From a virus (taxonomy: Duplodnaviria > Caudoviricetes): 63,708 bases of DNA. The stretch is from IMG/VR virus record IMGVR_UViG_3300028394_000003, positions 1 to 63,708 of that record. One strand, written 5' to 3'. A program made the translations under genes and the position numbers. Positions 8,704-17,668 of this stretch are shown in pieces (within the stretch, counting starts at the first letter, position 1; every line of letters begins with the position of its first letter). Below the pieces are notes generated by a model. That model was not told the DNA's origin. It saw nothing but the letters and a program-made list of their open reading frames with translations, and ran no database searches.

Positions 8704-11700
8704 TTACAGCACCACCCAGCGCTGTCCACTGGTAATTGTTACCACAACGCCGCCAGATACCGTCATCGGCCCAACAGACATTGCATTTTGGCCAGCTGCA
8801 ACGGTGTAGCTTGTGCCAACTGTTGTGCTGTTAATTACTAATCCGTTTGATGCAATGGTTGCTGGCGATTGTAACTCACCAGTTGATGGCTTGTAAAGTA
8901 GCTTAGTGTTGCCAGTGTAGATTGTTGACACTGAGCCAGATGTTGCTGCAGCAAACGTTGGGTACAGATTTGTTGCTGTGGTTGTATCATTTGCTAACGT
9001 TACACCGCCCGCTGGAGTTACCCATGTAGGTGTACTGGCACCGTTTGATGTTAATACTTGGCCAGCGGTTCCTGCAGTTGTAAACGCATACGCTGTGCCT
9101 GTGCCGTAAGGAACTGCACCGGCTGTTGGTGCTGCTGTGCCGTTAGTACCGCCGTTAGCGATTGCTAATGTGCCAGCTAATGTGACTGCTCCAGATGTTG
9201 CCGTTGCTGGTGTTAATCCTGTAGTACCTGCACTAAATGTTGTTACACCAGTTGCTGGAGCTGCAACCCAAGATGGTATGCCAGCTGTTACTGTTAATAA
9301 CTGACCTGCACTACCAATTGGCAACTTAGACAATGTGTTGCTTGCTGAAGCGTAAAGAATGTCACCAGTGGTGTACGTCGACTGACTAGTACCGCCGCTT
9401 GTTGCACCTAACGTGCCAGCTAATGTTACAGCGCCGCTAGTTGCTGTTGCTGGTGTCAAGCCAGACAATGAAGTCTGGAATGTAGTTACAGCAGAGCCAG
9501 ATAAGCTAGTCCAAGTTGGCGTTGCAGCAGATCCAGCGGAAGTTAATACTTGACCAGATGTGCCGAAGTTTGTTGTGCCGCTTAATGCTGGAGTTGTGCC
9601 TAAGTTGGTGTTTAAACCAATCGCGCCTGAAGCATTAATTACGTGGGCTGATTGACCAGCGCTTCCCCAAGCTAAATAGGTCTTAAATCCGTTGCCCGAT
9701 CCGAGGGTTACATCACCGTCGTGGCTTGAGAAATAAACACCGCTGTTAATGCTAAAGAAGTCAACAGGAGTAGACGCGCTAAATGCCGATGAGTTCATAC
9801 CAAACTCACCGTAGTACGTGCTGTCTGTTCCTAAGTCATTACTTACTGCAAAGTTTGTAGACGCGCCAGCTGTGCCACTCTTATTTTGCATTACAGATTG
9901 CAAGTAAGTGCTTGCTACTGTTGCACCTAATGCTAAATTACAGTTAGAGGCGTTATAATTTAATACTGGTGTAGTGCTAGTAAATGAGCTGGTAGATAAA
10001 AAAGTAAACGCGCCGGTGGATGCTGTTGTAGCGCCAACTGTGCCGTTAATGTTAATGCTTGCGGTGCCAGTGAGGTTAGTTACTGTGCCGCTAGATGGTG
10101 TACCCAGTGCGCCGCCGTTAACAACAAACGCGCCTGCAGATCCAGTGTTAACAGCGAGCGCTGTTGCTACACCAGTACCTAAGCCGCTAATACCCGTTGA
10201 TACTGGCAGTCCTGTTGCGTTGGTTAACGTGCCGCTTGATGGTGTACCTAACGCGCCACCGTTAACAACAACTGCACCAGCTGATCCCGTATTAACAGCT
10301 AACGCCGTTGCTACGCCAGTTCCAAGGCCAGTAATAGAGCCAACTGCTGGGGTTACTGTTGTGTTGCCAGCTAGTGTTAGTTGGCCCTGAGCGTTAACTG
10401 TAAATGTACCAACTTGGGTGGCAGAGCCGTAAGCTGCTGCAGTAACCGCTGTGTTGGTAATACTAAACTGTGTGCCAGCTAAAGTTAATCCTGTGCCTGC
10501 AGTGTACGTGCCCGCGCCTGAGAACTGCACCCAAGGCATTGGTGTTACGTCAATTGTGCCGCCGTCGTTTGCTGTAGTTACCCAGCCTGTATCGGCTAGT
10601 GTAGTACCAGTTTGAATAAATACAAATGAGCTTGGAACTTCTGCCCACACGTTCATGTCAGCAGAACGGGCCCATGCACCAGCTGCAGCAACATAGATAC
10701 CATTAAACTGGCTTAGTGTTTGGTTTTTAACTAAAATACGATTGCCAGCGGTAAGGCTTAAAGACCAATCACCACCAGCTTGAGTACCTAAACCAGATAA
10801 AGTAATGTCGGCAGTTGTTCCGTATACGCAAGATGCTTTTACATTTAAGCCTTGAGCAATGTTATCTACGTATTGCTTAGTAGCAAGTTGTAGATCAGAT
10901 ACTGGGTCTTGCGTTACTGTAACGCTTGTTAAACCTGCTGGTGCTAACTCTGTGCCACCAAGGGCGATGTTGCTGGTACCTAAAGTAATTGAGCTGTTAG
11001 TTAACGAGCTGTTAGCAATGTTACTTAGTGTGTTTGTTGCACCGCTAATTGTCTTATTAGTCAGTGTCTGTGATGCTGTGTTAGTGGTAACTGTGTCGCT
11101 GCCAACTGTGGCAGTCGTCATGTTAAACGTGCCATCAGTTACTGTCTTACCAGTAAATGTTAAAGCCGTTGGTAGATTTAATGTAACTACAGTGCCAACT
11201 TGGGTAGAAGTAATCTCGTTAGCTGTGCCGTTAACTGCACTAATAGCGCCAATAGATGTTGGCGTAATAGATACGTTAGCCGCCGCAGTTAATTGACCTT
11301 GGGCGTTTACTGTGAATGTTGGTACAGCTGAAGATGATCCGTAGCTGGCTGCAGTAACTGCAGTGTTGGCAATGCTGATAGTACCAGTGGAAATAATTGG
11401 GCCACCAGTAAGACCAGTTCCTGTGGAAATAGATGTTACGCCGGAACCAATTGCAAACGCACTCCATGCGCTTACAGAATAACCTTCAAATAAGAATGTA
11501 TCCGTGTTGTAGCGGATCATGCCGTTTACTGGCCCAATTGCAGTACGCTCTAAATTGGTCCCCTTTGGAATTAAAACTGCACCAGTTCCCGGGAGAATAA
11601 CGTTGTCTACAATTGATATAACAGGAGCTGTTGATCCGTTTGCTACATTAATTTGATTTGCTGTGCCAGTTACAACAGATAAGTAAGTTGGCAGTGTATC

Positions 11701-12108
11701 CCAAGTTGTGTCGTAGTTAGTGCTTGACGCCTTCTTTAAATACTGACCTGCTGTACCACCTGCCGCTACACCGGGGCCAGTAGCTCCAGTTGCACCAGTA
11801 GCTCCAGTTGCACCTACGTCACCACGTGGGATGACAAAGTTAAACATGGCCGCTTGTAGCGAGCCAACGTTTGTCACACTTGCGTTTGTGCCGGGTGCAC
11901 CAGTTACAGTGGAGTTAACCTGAATGGTTGCGCCGGGACCTGTTGGTCCTGTTGGTCCTTGGGGACCGGGAGGGCCTGCAGGACCACCTAGGTTAGCAAT
12001 GTCTTGTAACTGGGTCTGCTTGGTAACGCCGTTTTGAACAACAACCGTAAGCTCATCGCCCGTTAGCGTTGTTGCTGTACCTAGTTGTGATATACTTTGA
12101 TCGGCCAT
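8704..12108 (-). CDS. Long tail fibre protein with collagen-like and internal repeats
   Basis: 1134 aa, Thr/Gly/Ala-rich; GPAGPPGPQGPTGPTG; ATKQYVD; duplicated GLGTGVATALAVNTGSAGA block. Confidence 0.85.
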   Translation of the reverse strand: MADQSISQLGTATTLTGDELTVVVQNGVTKQTQLQDIANLGGPAGPPGPQGPTGPTGPGATIQVNSTVTGAPGTNASVTNVGSLQAAMFNFVIPRGDVGATGATGATGATGPGVAAGGTAGQYLKKASSTNYDTTWDTLPTYLSVVTGTANQINVANGSTAPVISIVDNVILPGTGAVLIPKGTNLERTAIGPVNGMIRYNTDTFLFEGYSVSAWSAFAIGSGVTSISTGTGLTGGPIISTGTISIANTAVTAASYGSSSAVPTFTVNAQGQLTAAANVSITPTSIGAISAVNGTANEITSTQVGTVVTLNLPTALTFTGKTVTDGTFNMTTATVGSDTVTTNTASQTLTNKTISGATNTLSNIANSSLTNSSITLGTSNIALGGTELAPAGLTSVTVTQDPVSDLQLATKQYVDNIAQGLNVKASCVYGTTADITLSGLGTQAGGDWSLSLTAGNRILVKNQTLSQFNGIYVAAAGAWARSADMNVWAEVPSSFVFIQTGTTLADTGWVTTANDGGTIDVTPMPWVQFSGAGTYTAGTGLTLAGTQFSITNTAVTAAAYGSATQVGTFTVNAQGQLTLAGNTTVTPAVGSITGLGTGVATALAVNTGSAGAVVVNGGALGTPSSGTLTNATGLPVSTGISGLGTGVATALAVNTGSAGAFVVNGGALGTPSSGTVTNLTGTASININGTVGATTASTGAFTFLSTSSFTSTTPVLNYNASNCNLALGATVASTYLQSVMQNKSGTAGASTNFAVSNDLGTDSTYYGEFGMNSSAFSASTPVDFFSINSGVYFSSHDGDVTLGSGNGFKTYLAWGSAGQSAHVINASGAIGLNTNLGTTPALSGTTNFGTSGQVLTSAGSAATPTWTSLSGSAVTTFQTSLSGLTPATATSGAVTLAGTLGATSGGTSQSTYTTGDILYASASNTLSKLPIGSAGQLLTVTAGIPSWVAAPATGVTTFSAGTTGLTPATATSGAVTLAGTLAIANGGTNGTAAPTAGAVPYGTGTAYAFTTAGTAGQVLTSNGASTPTWVTPAGGVTLANDTTTATNLYPTFAAATSGSVSTIYTGNTKLLYKPSTGELQSPATIASNGLVINSTTVGTSYTVAAGQNAMSVGPMTVSGGVVVTITSGQRWVVL

Positions 12109-12112
12109 AGTC

Positions 12113-12511
12113 TTATATAATTATGTCGCCAGACTCGCCGGCGGTTGTTGACTGTTGCTGGTCCCGAGTAATAAATATTGAATTTCTTCTCGGGTTGTTT
12201 GGTCTGCGTACAAGCTCTTCGGGAGGGCTGTCAATTGGCCCTTCTGGTGCCTGCGCAGTTACAACTTGTTGTCCTGATACTGGACCAGTTGCAACAGATA
12301 CATCTGGGCGCGGAAAGCGTAGTGCAATGTTTTCTGTTTGAATAGCAGGAAGACGCCAAGGATCAAACTGATCTAGGTCTTCCCGACACACCCGCATTCC
12401 AGGGGAGTTTGGATCAGGCATTAAATCTGTGTACGCAAATTTCCTACTGCAGCGGTCACAGATCGCTACAGACAGGACTGAGTTACCTCGAGTATCAAGG
12501 TAAACAGGCAT
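12113..12511 (-). CDS. Hypothetical phage protein with CxxC
   Basis: AICDRC...VC...DQFDP...PRPD. Confidence 0.7.
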   Translation of the reverse strand: MPVYLDTRGNSVLSVAICDRCSRKFAYTDLMPDPNSPGMRVCREDLDQFDPWRLPAIQTENIALRFPRPDVSVATGPVSGQQVVTAQAPEGPIDSPPEELVRRPNNPRRNSIFITRDQQQSTTAGESGDIII

Positions 12512-12513
12512 TA

Positions 12514-12822
12514 TTAACCCTTAACGCCAGACTGGATAACTGTTAGTGTATCAGCTGCTGTTCCGCCAGAAATGCGAATTGCACGATAGGGTTGTGCTAA
12601 AAAACCAGCTGCATTTGGTGCAGTTGTTGGCGCAGTAACCCAAGTAAAACTTGCGGTTGTGAAGACACCGTTAACTAACGGATAGGGGTCTGTTGCAGAA
12701 ACTTGAACAGTACCAGATCCAGAGTTAACATAAGTAACTTGAAATGGTGCTTGATATTGATCAAGGATAACTGGGTCGGTGGTTGTTCCGGCTGTTGGTA
12801 TTGTTACGACTACTTGACGCAT
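12514..12822 (-). CDS. Hypothetical virion protein
   Basis: RBS aggag; beta-rich; structural context. Confidence 0.65.
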   Translation of the reverse strand: MRQVVVTIPTAGTTTDPVILDQYQAPFQVTYVNSGSGTVQVSATDPYPLVNGVFTTASFTWVTAPTTAPNAAGFLAQPYRAIRISGGTAADTLTVIQSGVKG

Positions 12823-12840
12823 GATTTCTCCTAGACGGTG

Positions 12841-12866
12841 AAAGAGGCGGGTTTCCCCGCCGTCTT
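12841..12866 (-). terminator. Probable intrinsic terminator
   Basis: ggcggg-gaaa-cccgcc hairpin followed by tcttt on the minus strand. Confidence 0.55.
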
Positions 12867-12868
12867 AA

Positions 12869-13330
12869 TTAGTTATTTGTATAACCAGAACCGTAGGCAG
12901 TGATTGTACCGTCAGCGTTGCGACCTGTGTACTGTACAGACAATGTACCAGCAGAAGCTGCTTCAGAGGCTAAAGTTACTGTGCAGTTATACGCACCAAC
13001 GTTAGCCAACAAGTTAGCTACAGCAGCAGAGGCTGTAAATACTACAGCAACTTTACCTAAAGCGGTAGTTGTCAGTGTGCCAACAGCAGTAGTTGTGCCA
13101 TTAACGGTCAAGCTAACAGCGCGTGAGGCTGCGCCAACTACGTTTAAGTAGCCGTCGATTGAGTGAATAATTGAACCAGCTGGGATTACATCAGTTGCTG
13201 CAGCACCGGCTACAATAGTAGTCTGCTGAGAAATCATTGCTGCGCCAGTGTTGTCGGCTGAAATTGTGCCGTCGTTACTGGTAGTTTGACGCGTATTTAA
13301 ACGCATTGGTACTGTAAATGTAGATGACAT
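12869..13330 (-). CDS. Virion structural protein (possible capsid decoration protein)
   Basis: Ala/Thr-rich; directly after the capsid gene, with its own promoter and structured leader. Confidence 0.7.
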   Translation of the reverse strand: MSSTFTVPMRLNTRQTTSNDGTISADNTGAAMISQQTTIVAGAAATDVIPAGSIIHSIDGYLNVVGAASRAVSLTVNGTTTAVGTLTTTALGKVAVVFTASAAVANLLANVGAYNCTVTLASEAASAGTLSVQYTGRNADGTITAYGSGYTNN

Positions 13331-13356
13331 TTGAGGTGTTTCCTTATCTTAGTGGG

Positions 13357-13414
13357 TATCCCAAACTGTCTCTAAGTCGTCATGCCGGGAAGGGTCGGCT
13401 GTCAGAGTGGGATA
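13357..13414 (-). ncRNA. Structured RNA element downstream of the capsid gene (Mu-gpT-DE-like)
   Basis: UAUCCCA/UGGGAUA closing stem with inner CUCU/AGAG and GCCG/CGGC pairs; 3' of a Mu-gpT-like capsid gene. Confidence 0.5.
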
Positions 13415-13429
13415 ATTCTTCCTATACAT

Positions 13430-13459
13430 ATTAATGCAAATAAGTCAGCCATTCCGCCC
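13430..13459 (-). promoter_or_regulatory. Phage promoter motif GGGCG-N16-TGCATTAAT
   Basis: Exact motif and spacing. Confidence 0.8.
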
Positions 13460-13467
13460 TAAAATGC

Positions 13468-13496
13468 AAAAAAGCCCACCTTGTGAGTGGGCTTTT
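13468..13496 (-). terminator. Intrinsic terminator after the major capsid gene
   Basis: aaaagcccac-loop-gtgggctttttt. Confidence 0.8.
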
Positions 13497-13517
13497 CTGT
13501 TATTACGAAGGTTTGTA

Positions 13518-14435
13518 TTACAAACCAGCTGTACCAAAGATGTTACGTGCATCATGCCAGCCGGTCGCATAGCGCTCGGTAGCTTTGTAACGCATGCTGT
13601 CTGTCTCGAAGTCACCTTCCATGGATTTCTCCATAGGACGACGCATTACGAGCATTAGACCATTCTCAGCATCAGTCTGAACCCACCAAGCCTTGCTGGA
13701 ACTCAAACGAGTTACAACATGGGTGCCCTTAGGCAACATGCCCGTGGATTTGATTGGGTTGAGATCATTGTCAGCTGTACCAGAACGGAGAACCGATTTC
13801 AGAATTACTTCTGCTTGGAACTCAAGTGCTGGAGGAACAACTAACTGCTCAGCTTTTAGACGGATACGCTTACCATTGTTGTCAATGGCTGAACGGATCT
13901 GAATAAGCATCTGCTCTACTGAAGTTTGTGACAATGAAGCAGCAGTGCTCAACTGATTGCTGTACGTTTGACCGTTAGCAATAGGGTGTGCAGTGTTGAT
14001 CAAGGTTACGCCGTCGCCACCAACATAGCCAGCTGTGAACGCAAAGTTCAACAAGTTAGCGCAGAGGGTTTCTTTGGTTTCAATCATTGACTGAGCCAAA
14101 TGTTTAGCGAAAGTGCTACCGATACGGATGTGATCGCCGTCTTCCATCAAAACTTTGGTCATAGCATAAGCCAAGCCATAGATTTGGTAGATGAAACGGG
14201 TGATGTACAAAGTACCACCTTGGTCATAGCTGACAGGAGTACCGTCAGGCATGGCTGGTGCAGCATTCATACCGAAGAGCATTACTTCTTCGTGATAGTT
14301 ACGTGGAATACCTTGGATCTGTTCTACAAATCCTTTCCACTCGTCAGCGCGTTGTTCATAAACGCCATCAAAGACTTCGTTGATAATCGGTTCGACTACC
14401 GCACGAAAGTCTGTACTACGCATTGGAGTTGCCAT
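13518..14435 (-). CDS. Major capsid protein (HK97 fold, Mu gpT-like)
   Basis: 305 aa; GGDGVTL...HP, LVVPPALEFQA, EGDFETDSMRYKATERY; follows the scaffold and precedes a terminator. Confidence 0.88.
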   Translation of the reverse strand: MATPMRSTDFRAVVEPIINEVFDGVYEQRADEWKGFVEQIQGIPRNYHEEVMLFGMNAAPAMPDGTPVSYDQGGTLYITRFIYQIYGLAYAMTKVLMEDGDHIRIGSTFAKHLAQSMIETKETLCANLLNFAFTAGYVGGDGVTLINTAHPIANGQTYSNQLSTAASLSQTSVEQMLIQIRSAIDNNGKRIRLKAEQLVVPPALEFQAEVILKSVLRSGTADNDLNPIKSTGMLPKGTHVVTRLSSSKAWWVQTDAENGLMLVMRRPMEKSMEGDFETDSMRYKATERYATGWHDARNIFGTAGL

Positions 14436-14457
14436 TGCTATTTCCTTTCGTTGTTAA

Positions 14458-15120
14458 TTAAACCGAGACCTTAGGAGCGCGGAATGTGTTGTTAGCAATT
14501 TCGACTTGAACGATGGTGTATGTGTCACCCCAGTTGTTCAATTCGCCCGATGGGAACGCTACTTCGCGACCCAAACCAACCACACGAACTTGACCTTGTG
14601 CACCACTAGCTGCGGCAGAAGCTGCCAAAGCTGTTGTGGAGAAACCAGCACCACCTGTACCAATGGTATAACCATCAGCGGTTGTTTGGTTAGTACCTGC
14701 GGAGAAGTTGTACTGTGAACCAATGGCTGCAGAAGTTACTGAGCCAGCTGCTTGGATTTCGTATACTAATGATGGGTCTTGGAAGATCCAGAATACGATA
14801 GCAGAAGCAGCATCCAAAGAAGCCTTGGAGATTGATTTACCTACTGTACGACGACCTTCAGCGGTTGTATATTCTACACCGTCAAATACGCCATATACTG
14901 GGCTTGTTGCAGCTGCGGTAGCAGCAATTGTTAATTGGCCTGAAGAAGTGATTCCCACTGGTTGATACTGGAAAAAAGACTGACCAGCGCTCAAAGAGTA
15001 AGGAGCAGTATACGTCACACCAGTGGTAAAGCTGTTCGTACCAGCGAATGGTACAGCACGGTCTAAACCGCTTGGGTGAAATATAGGCTTCATGCCAAAG
15101 GGACGTAATGTTGTTGACAT
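14458..15120 (-). CDS. Head-associated structural protein
   Basis: PFGMKP, GVFDGVEY, DPSLVYEIQ; lies between scaffold and capsid. Confidence 0.7.
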   Translation of the reverse strand: MSTTLRPFGMKPIFHPSGLDRAVPFAGTNSFTTGVTYTAPYSLSAGQSFFQYQPVGITSSGQLTIAATAAATSPVYGVFDGVEYTTAEGRRTVGKSISKASLDAASAIVFWIFQDPSLVYEIQAAGSVTSAAIGSQYNFSAGTNQTTADGYTIGTGGAGFSTTALAASAAASGAQGQVRVVGLGREVAFPSGELNNWGDTYTIVQVEIANNTFRAPKVSV

Positions 15121-15154
15121 TAGTTTATTTCCTTTGTTTTAATTTTGAAGATTG

Positions 15155-15721
15155 TTATTGAAAACGAATATTTTTATTATTCGCTCTTGCGGTTTCTTTT
15201 TCCATTTCCAGAGTACCACCTTCCAAGACTGAACGCCCGCCCTTATTACCCAATGCTGTATCACGCACGCTAGCAGTGATATTTTTTTGGTGCTCGAGTG
15301 GATCCTCGAGGTGGAGCATACGCATTACTTCTTGGTAAATGTCTTCTGGTAACTTGAAGAGAACCATTTCATTACAACTAATACAGCCTTCAAACTTGCC
15401 TGCGTTCATCTTGCCTAGTCCCTCAAAGCCTTTACCTAAATCACTAGCTTTAACTGGCTCATAACCCAATGCCATGCGTTTGTCGATACTGTCGTAAGTA
15501 TTGGTTGTTGACAACCAACACAAGTGAAATCCCGGAATAATACCTCCGGGTAAATCTGGCAACGCACTATTTGCCCACTTGTCTCTAAACGCATCAAGGC
15601 GTTCACGACGTGCAATGTCATCTGGAGCTGACGCTGTTGTACGCTCCAATACCTCTTGTGCCCGATCCGCCATGCGGTCATCTAAGTCACGTGATTCTCT
15701 TTTGATTCTTGTATTTGCCAT
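15155..15721 (-). CDS. Hypothetical head-module protein
   Basis: IPGFHLCWLS...GYEPVK; 188-aa ORF in operon. Confidence 0.7.
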   Translation of the reverse strand: MANTRIKRESRDLDDRMADRAQEVLERTTASAPDDIARRERLDAFRDKWANSALPDLPGGIIPGFHLCWLSTTNTYDSIDKRMALGYEPVKASDLGKGFEGLGKMNAGKFEGCISCNEMVLFKLPEDIYQEVMRMLHLEDPLEHQKNITASVRDTALGNKGGRSVLEGGTLEMEKETARANNKNIRFQ

Positions 15722-15726
15722 TTTGT

Positions 15727-16719
15727 TTATCCTTTATTAGCGCGGTCATACGATGCGTATGCCCGGATCATCTTATTTCGTTTTTCTACATTGTCCCAAG
15801 AACCAGAGTCTTTGATTGCTTGAACACGCTCGGGGCTTAATACGATTGTGTTCTTGTTTGTACTGGTTGTACTTGCTACACGACTAGAGGCCGTTGGGCC
15901 AGCTGATCGTCTTGTGTTTGAACCGCCCTTGCTAGTATAGCGGTGCGGCAAACGGGACTGCAAACGATTATCTAACTCTTCCCAGTACTCAGAATCACTA
16001 GGATCCCAACCATCTGAGGCAAGTTCTTGATCTATTACTTTGGCAATTCTACTATCTGTGTCTCGAGCCTGCGGGTCATACCAAGAGTTCTTCTTTAACC
16101 ACGATGTGGCATTTCTTTGTACTTCAGAAGACATCTCATTTGGCACATTTTGTCTAGGTGCCTTAGCCTGCTCAAGCTGTTGTTTTTTGTAATGCTGAGC
16201 TTGGTTAAGACGTTGCTTAGCGTCTGTTAACTGCTCTAAATACTCTACTTGAGATTCTGCGTCATTACTCTGAGCAGCTTGCAACATCTTCATTTTTGCA
16301 TACTCAACTCGGGTAGCCTCATCCTCAATGGCTTTATCGATTTGTGCAAACTGGTACGATGCTGCGGTGTTTTCTACTGCTGCCAAACGTCTGGCTAAGT
16401 CTTCATTTCGTTTCTCAAGCGCACTAATTTTGTGTTTAGATGACGCCTCACGCTGCTTAGATAATTCTTTCTTTAATCTACGCTCTTCACGTCTAGCTTC
16501 ACGAATCTTTTCGCGTTCATCTTCAGATTCGTCTGCGTTGTCTTCTGCATCATCTGCATCTTCTTGCGCATCTTCTTCTGATTGCTCGTCAGCAGCTTCT
16601 ACTTTGCCGCCTTCTTTGTGTTCTTCATCATCAAACTCTTCTGGAGTTTCGATTTTGGCTAAAACGGAGCCATCTGCTTGTTCCTTGATAGGAACGTCTT
16701 TCTTTTCATTATCTGCCAT
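15727..16719 (-). CDS. Scaffolding protein
   Basis: Acidic N-terminus, long coiled coil, W..KNSWY motif; upstream of the capsid gene. Confidence 0.7.
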   Translation of the reverse strand: MADNEKKDVPIKEQADGSVLAKIETPEEFDDEEHKEGGKVEAADEQSEEDAQEDADDAEDNADESEDEREKIREARREERRLKKELSKQREASSKHKISALEKRNEDLARRLAAVENTAASYQFAQIDKAIEDEATRVEYAKMKMLQAAQSNDAESQVEYLEQLTDAKQRLNQAQHYKKQQLEQAKAPRQNVPNEMSSEVQRNATSWLKKNSWYDPQARDTDSRIAKVIDQELASDGWDPSDSEYWEELDNRLQSRLPHRYTSKGGSNTRRSAGPTASSRVASTTSTNKNTIVLSPERVQAIKDSGSWDNVEKRNKMIRAYASYDRANKG

Positions 16720-16743
16720 ACTATACTTTCTTTTTTACAAAAG

Positions 16744-17193
16744 TTAATCTACAAACGATTTCATTTTCTGCGCATACTCAAACGACCTAATGCGAGAAAT
16801 GATTTCACGTGCCTGCAACGTAATAAAGACCACTGGTGATCCTTCGTCGTCTGGCTGTACAACAAACCGATCGCCGCCGTACTTAATGGTGCGAACTAGG
16901 TCACCTTCTTTACACCAAGGACCTTCGATCCAAGGGGTTAAATCTTCTGGTGATTTATATGCTAGAGGTCCAATTTGGATTACTTTAGCCACGGTCTCGT
17001 TGAAACGTAACGTCTGTCTGGTTTCATCAACTAAGATGATTCCGCCCTTGCTGGTGCTCTTTTCCCTGCGTAACTGAACAAGTACTCTGTCTCCAGCGAC
17101 ATCTAAACCTGGGTCAATCTCGGGAAAACACTCCGATTCTGATCTTAAATCCGGTTCATCTTTACTTTTACTATCAAATGCGTACGCTGCCAT
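16744..17193 (-). CDS. groES: GroES/Cpn10-like co-chaperonin
   Basis: GDRVLVQ...TSKGGIIL...AKVIQIGP...KEGDLV..KYGG. Confidence 0.8.
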   Translation of the reverse strand: MAAYAFDSKSKDEPDLRSESECFPEIDPGLDVAGDRVLVQLRREKSTSKGGIILVDETRQTLRFNETVAKVIQIGPLAYKSPEDLTPWIEGPWCKEGDLVRTIKYGGDRFVVQPDDEGSPVVFITLQAREIISRIRSFEYAQKMKSFVD

Positions 17194-17213
17194 TCGGCTG
17201 CTCTCCTTAACCT

Positions 17214-17405
17214 TTACAGGTCTTTTTCGTCTTCCGTCAATATCTCGTTAATAATGTCAAGTACCATTTTAAATCCTTCGTGTCTGCCAACTAAACGTTG
17301 ATAGTCATCAAATGAATTGACATTCATTCCAGCTGTGACGGTTTCAGCTATTGAATTTTGCTCAGTCTTTACACGACCGATAATTTCACTAATAAAGTCT
17401 TTCAT
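17214..17405 (-). CDS. Small head-module protein, probably leaderless
   Basis: SFDDYQRLVG..EG motif; ATG lies 6 nt after the TGCATTAAT motif. Confidence 0.7.
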   Translation of the reverse strand: MKDFISEIIGRVKTEQNSIAETVTAGMNVNSFDDYQRLVGRHEGFKMVLDIINEILTEDEKDL

Positions 17406-17411
17406 ACTCAC

Positions 17412-17441
17412 ATTAATGCAATATTGCGGATATTTCCGCCC
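17412..17441 (-). promoter_or_regulatory. Phage promoter motif GGGCG-N16-TGCATTAAT
   Basis: Exact motif and spacing. Confidence 0.8.
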
Positions 17442-17449
17442 TAAATTGC

Positions 17450-17668
17450 TTAATAAAAGTTGCCGCCGCCGATGTCGTTAAGGTTTTTACCTGGGCCAAC
17501 TTTGCTTGAACGAGCTGGTTTGCCTTTAACTGCGTTGTTAGGACGCTTAGAACCAGAAAGTCCTGCGTCAATATTTTTTTCGCCTGGGCCGCCACCAAAA
17601 CCTTGGTTTCCAGTTTGTTTGTAAGTCTGACGAAAACCTAATTCGCCTTCTTGTTTCTTATTTGCCAT
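17450..17668 (-). CDS. Small basic Gly/Lys-rich protein
   Basis: Abuts the portal stop codon; RBS aggag. Confidence 0.65.
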   Translation of the reverse strand: MANKKQEGELGFRQTYKQTGNQGFGGGPGEKNIDAGLSGSKRPNNAVKGKPARSSKVGPGKNLNDIGGGNFY

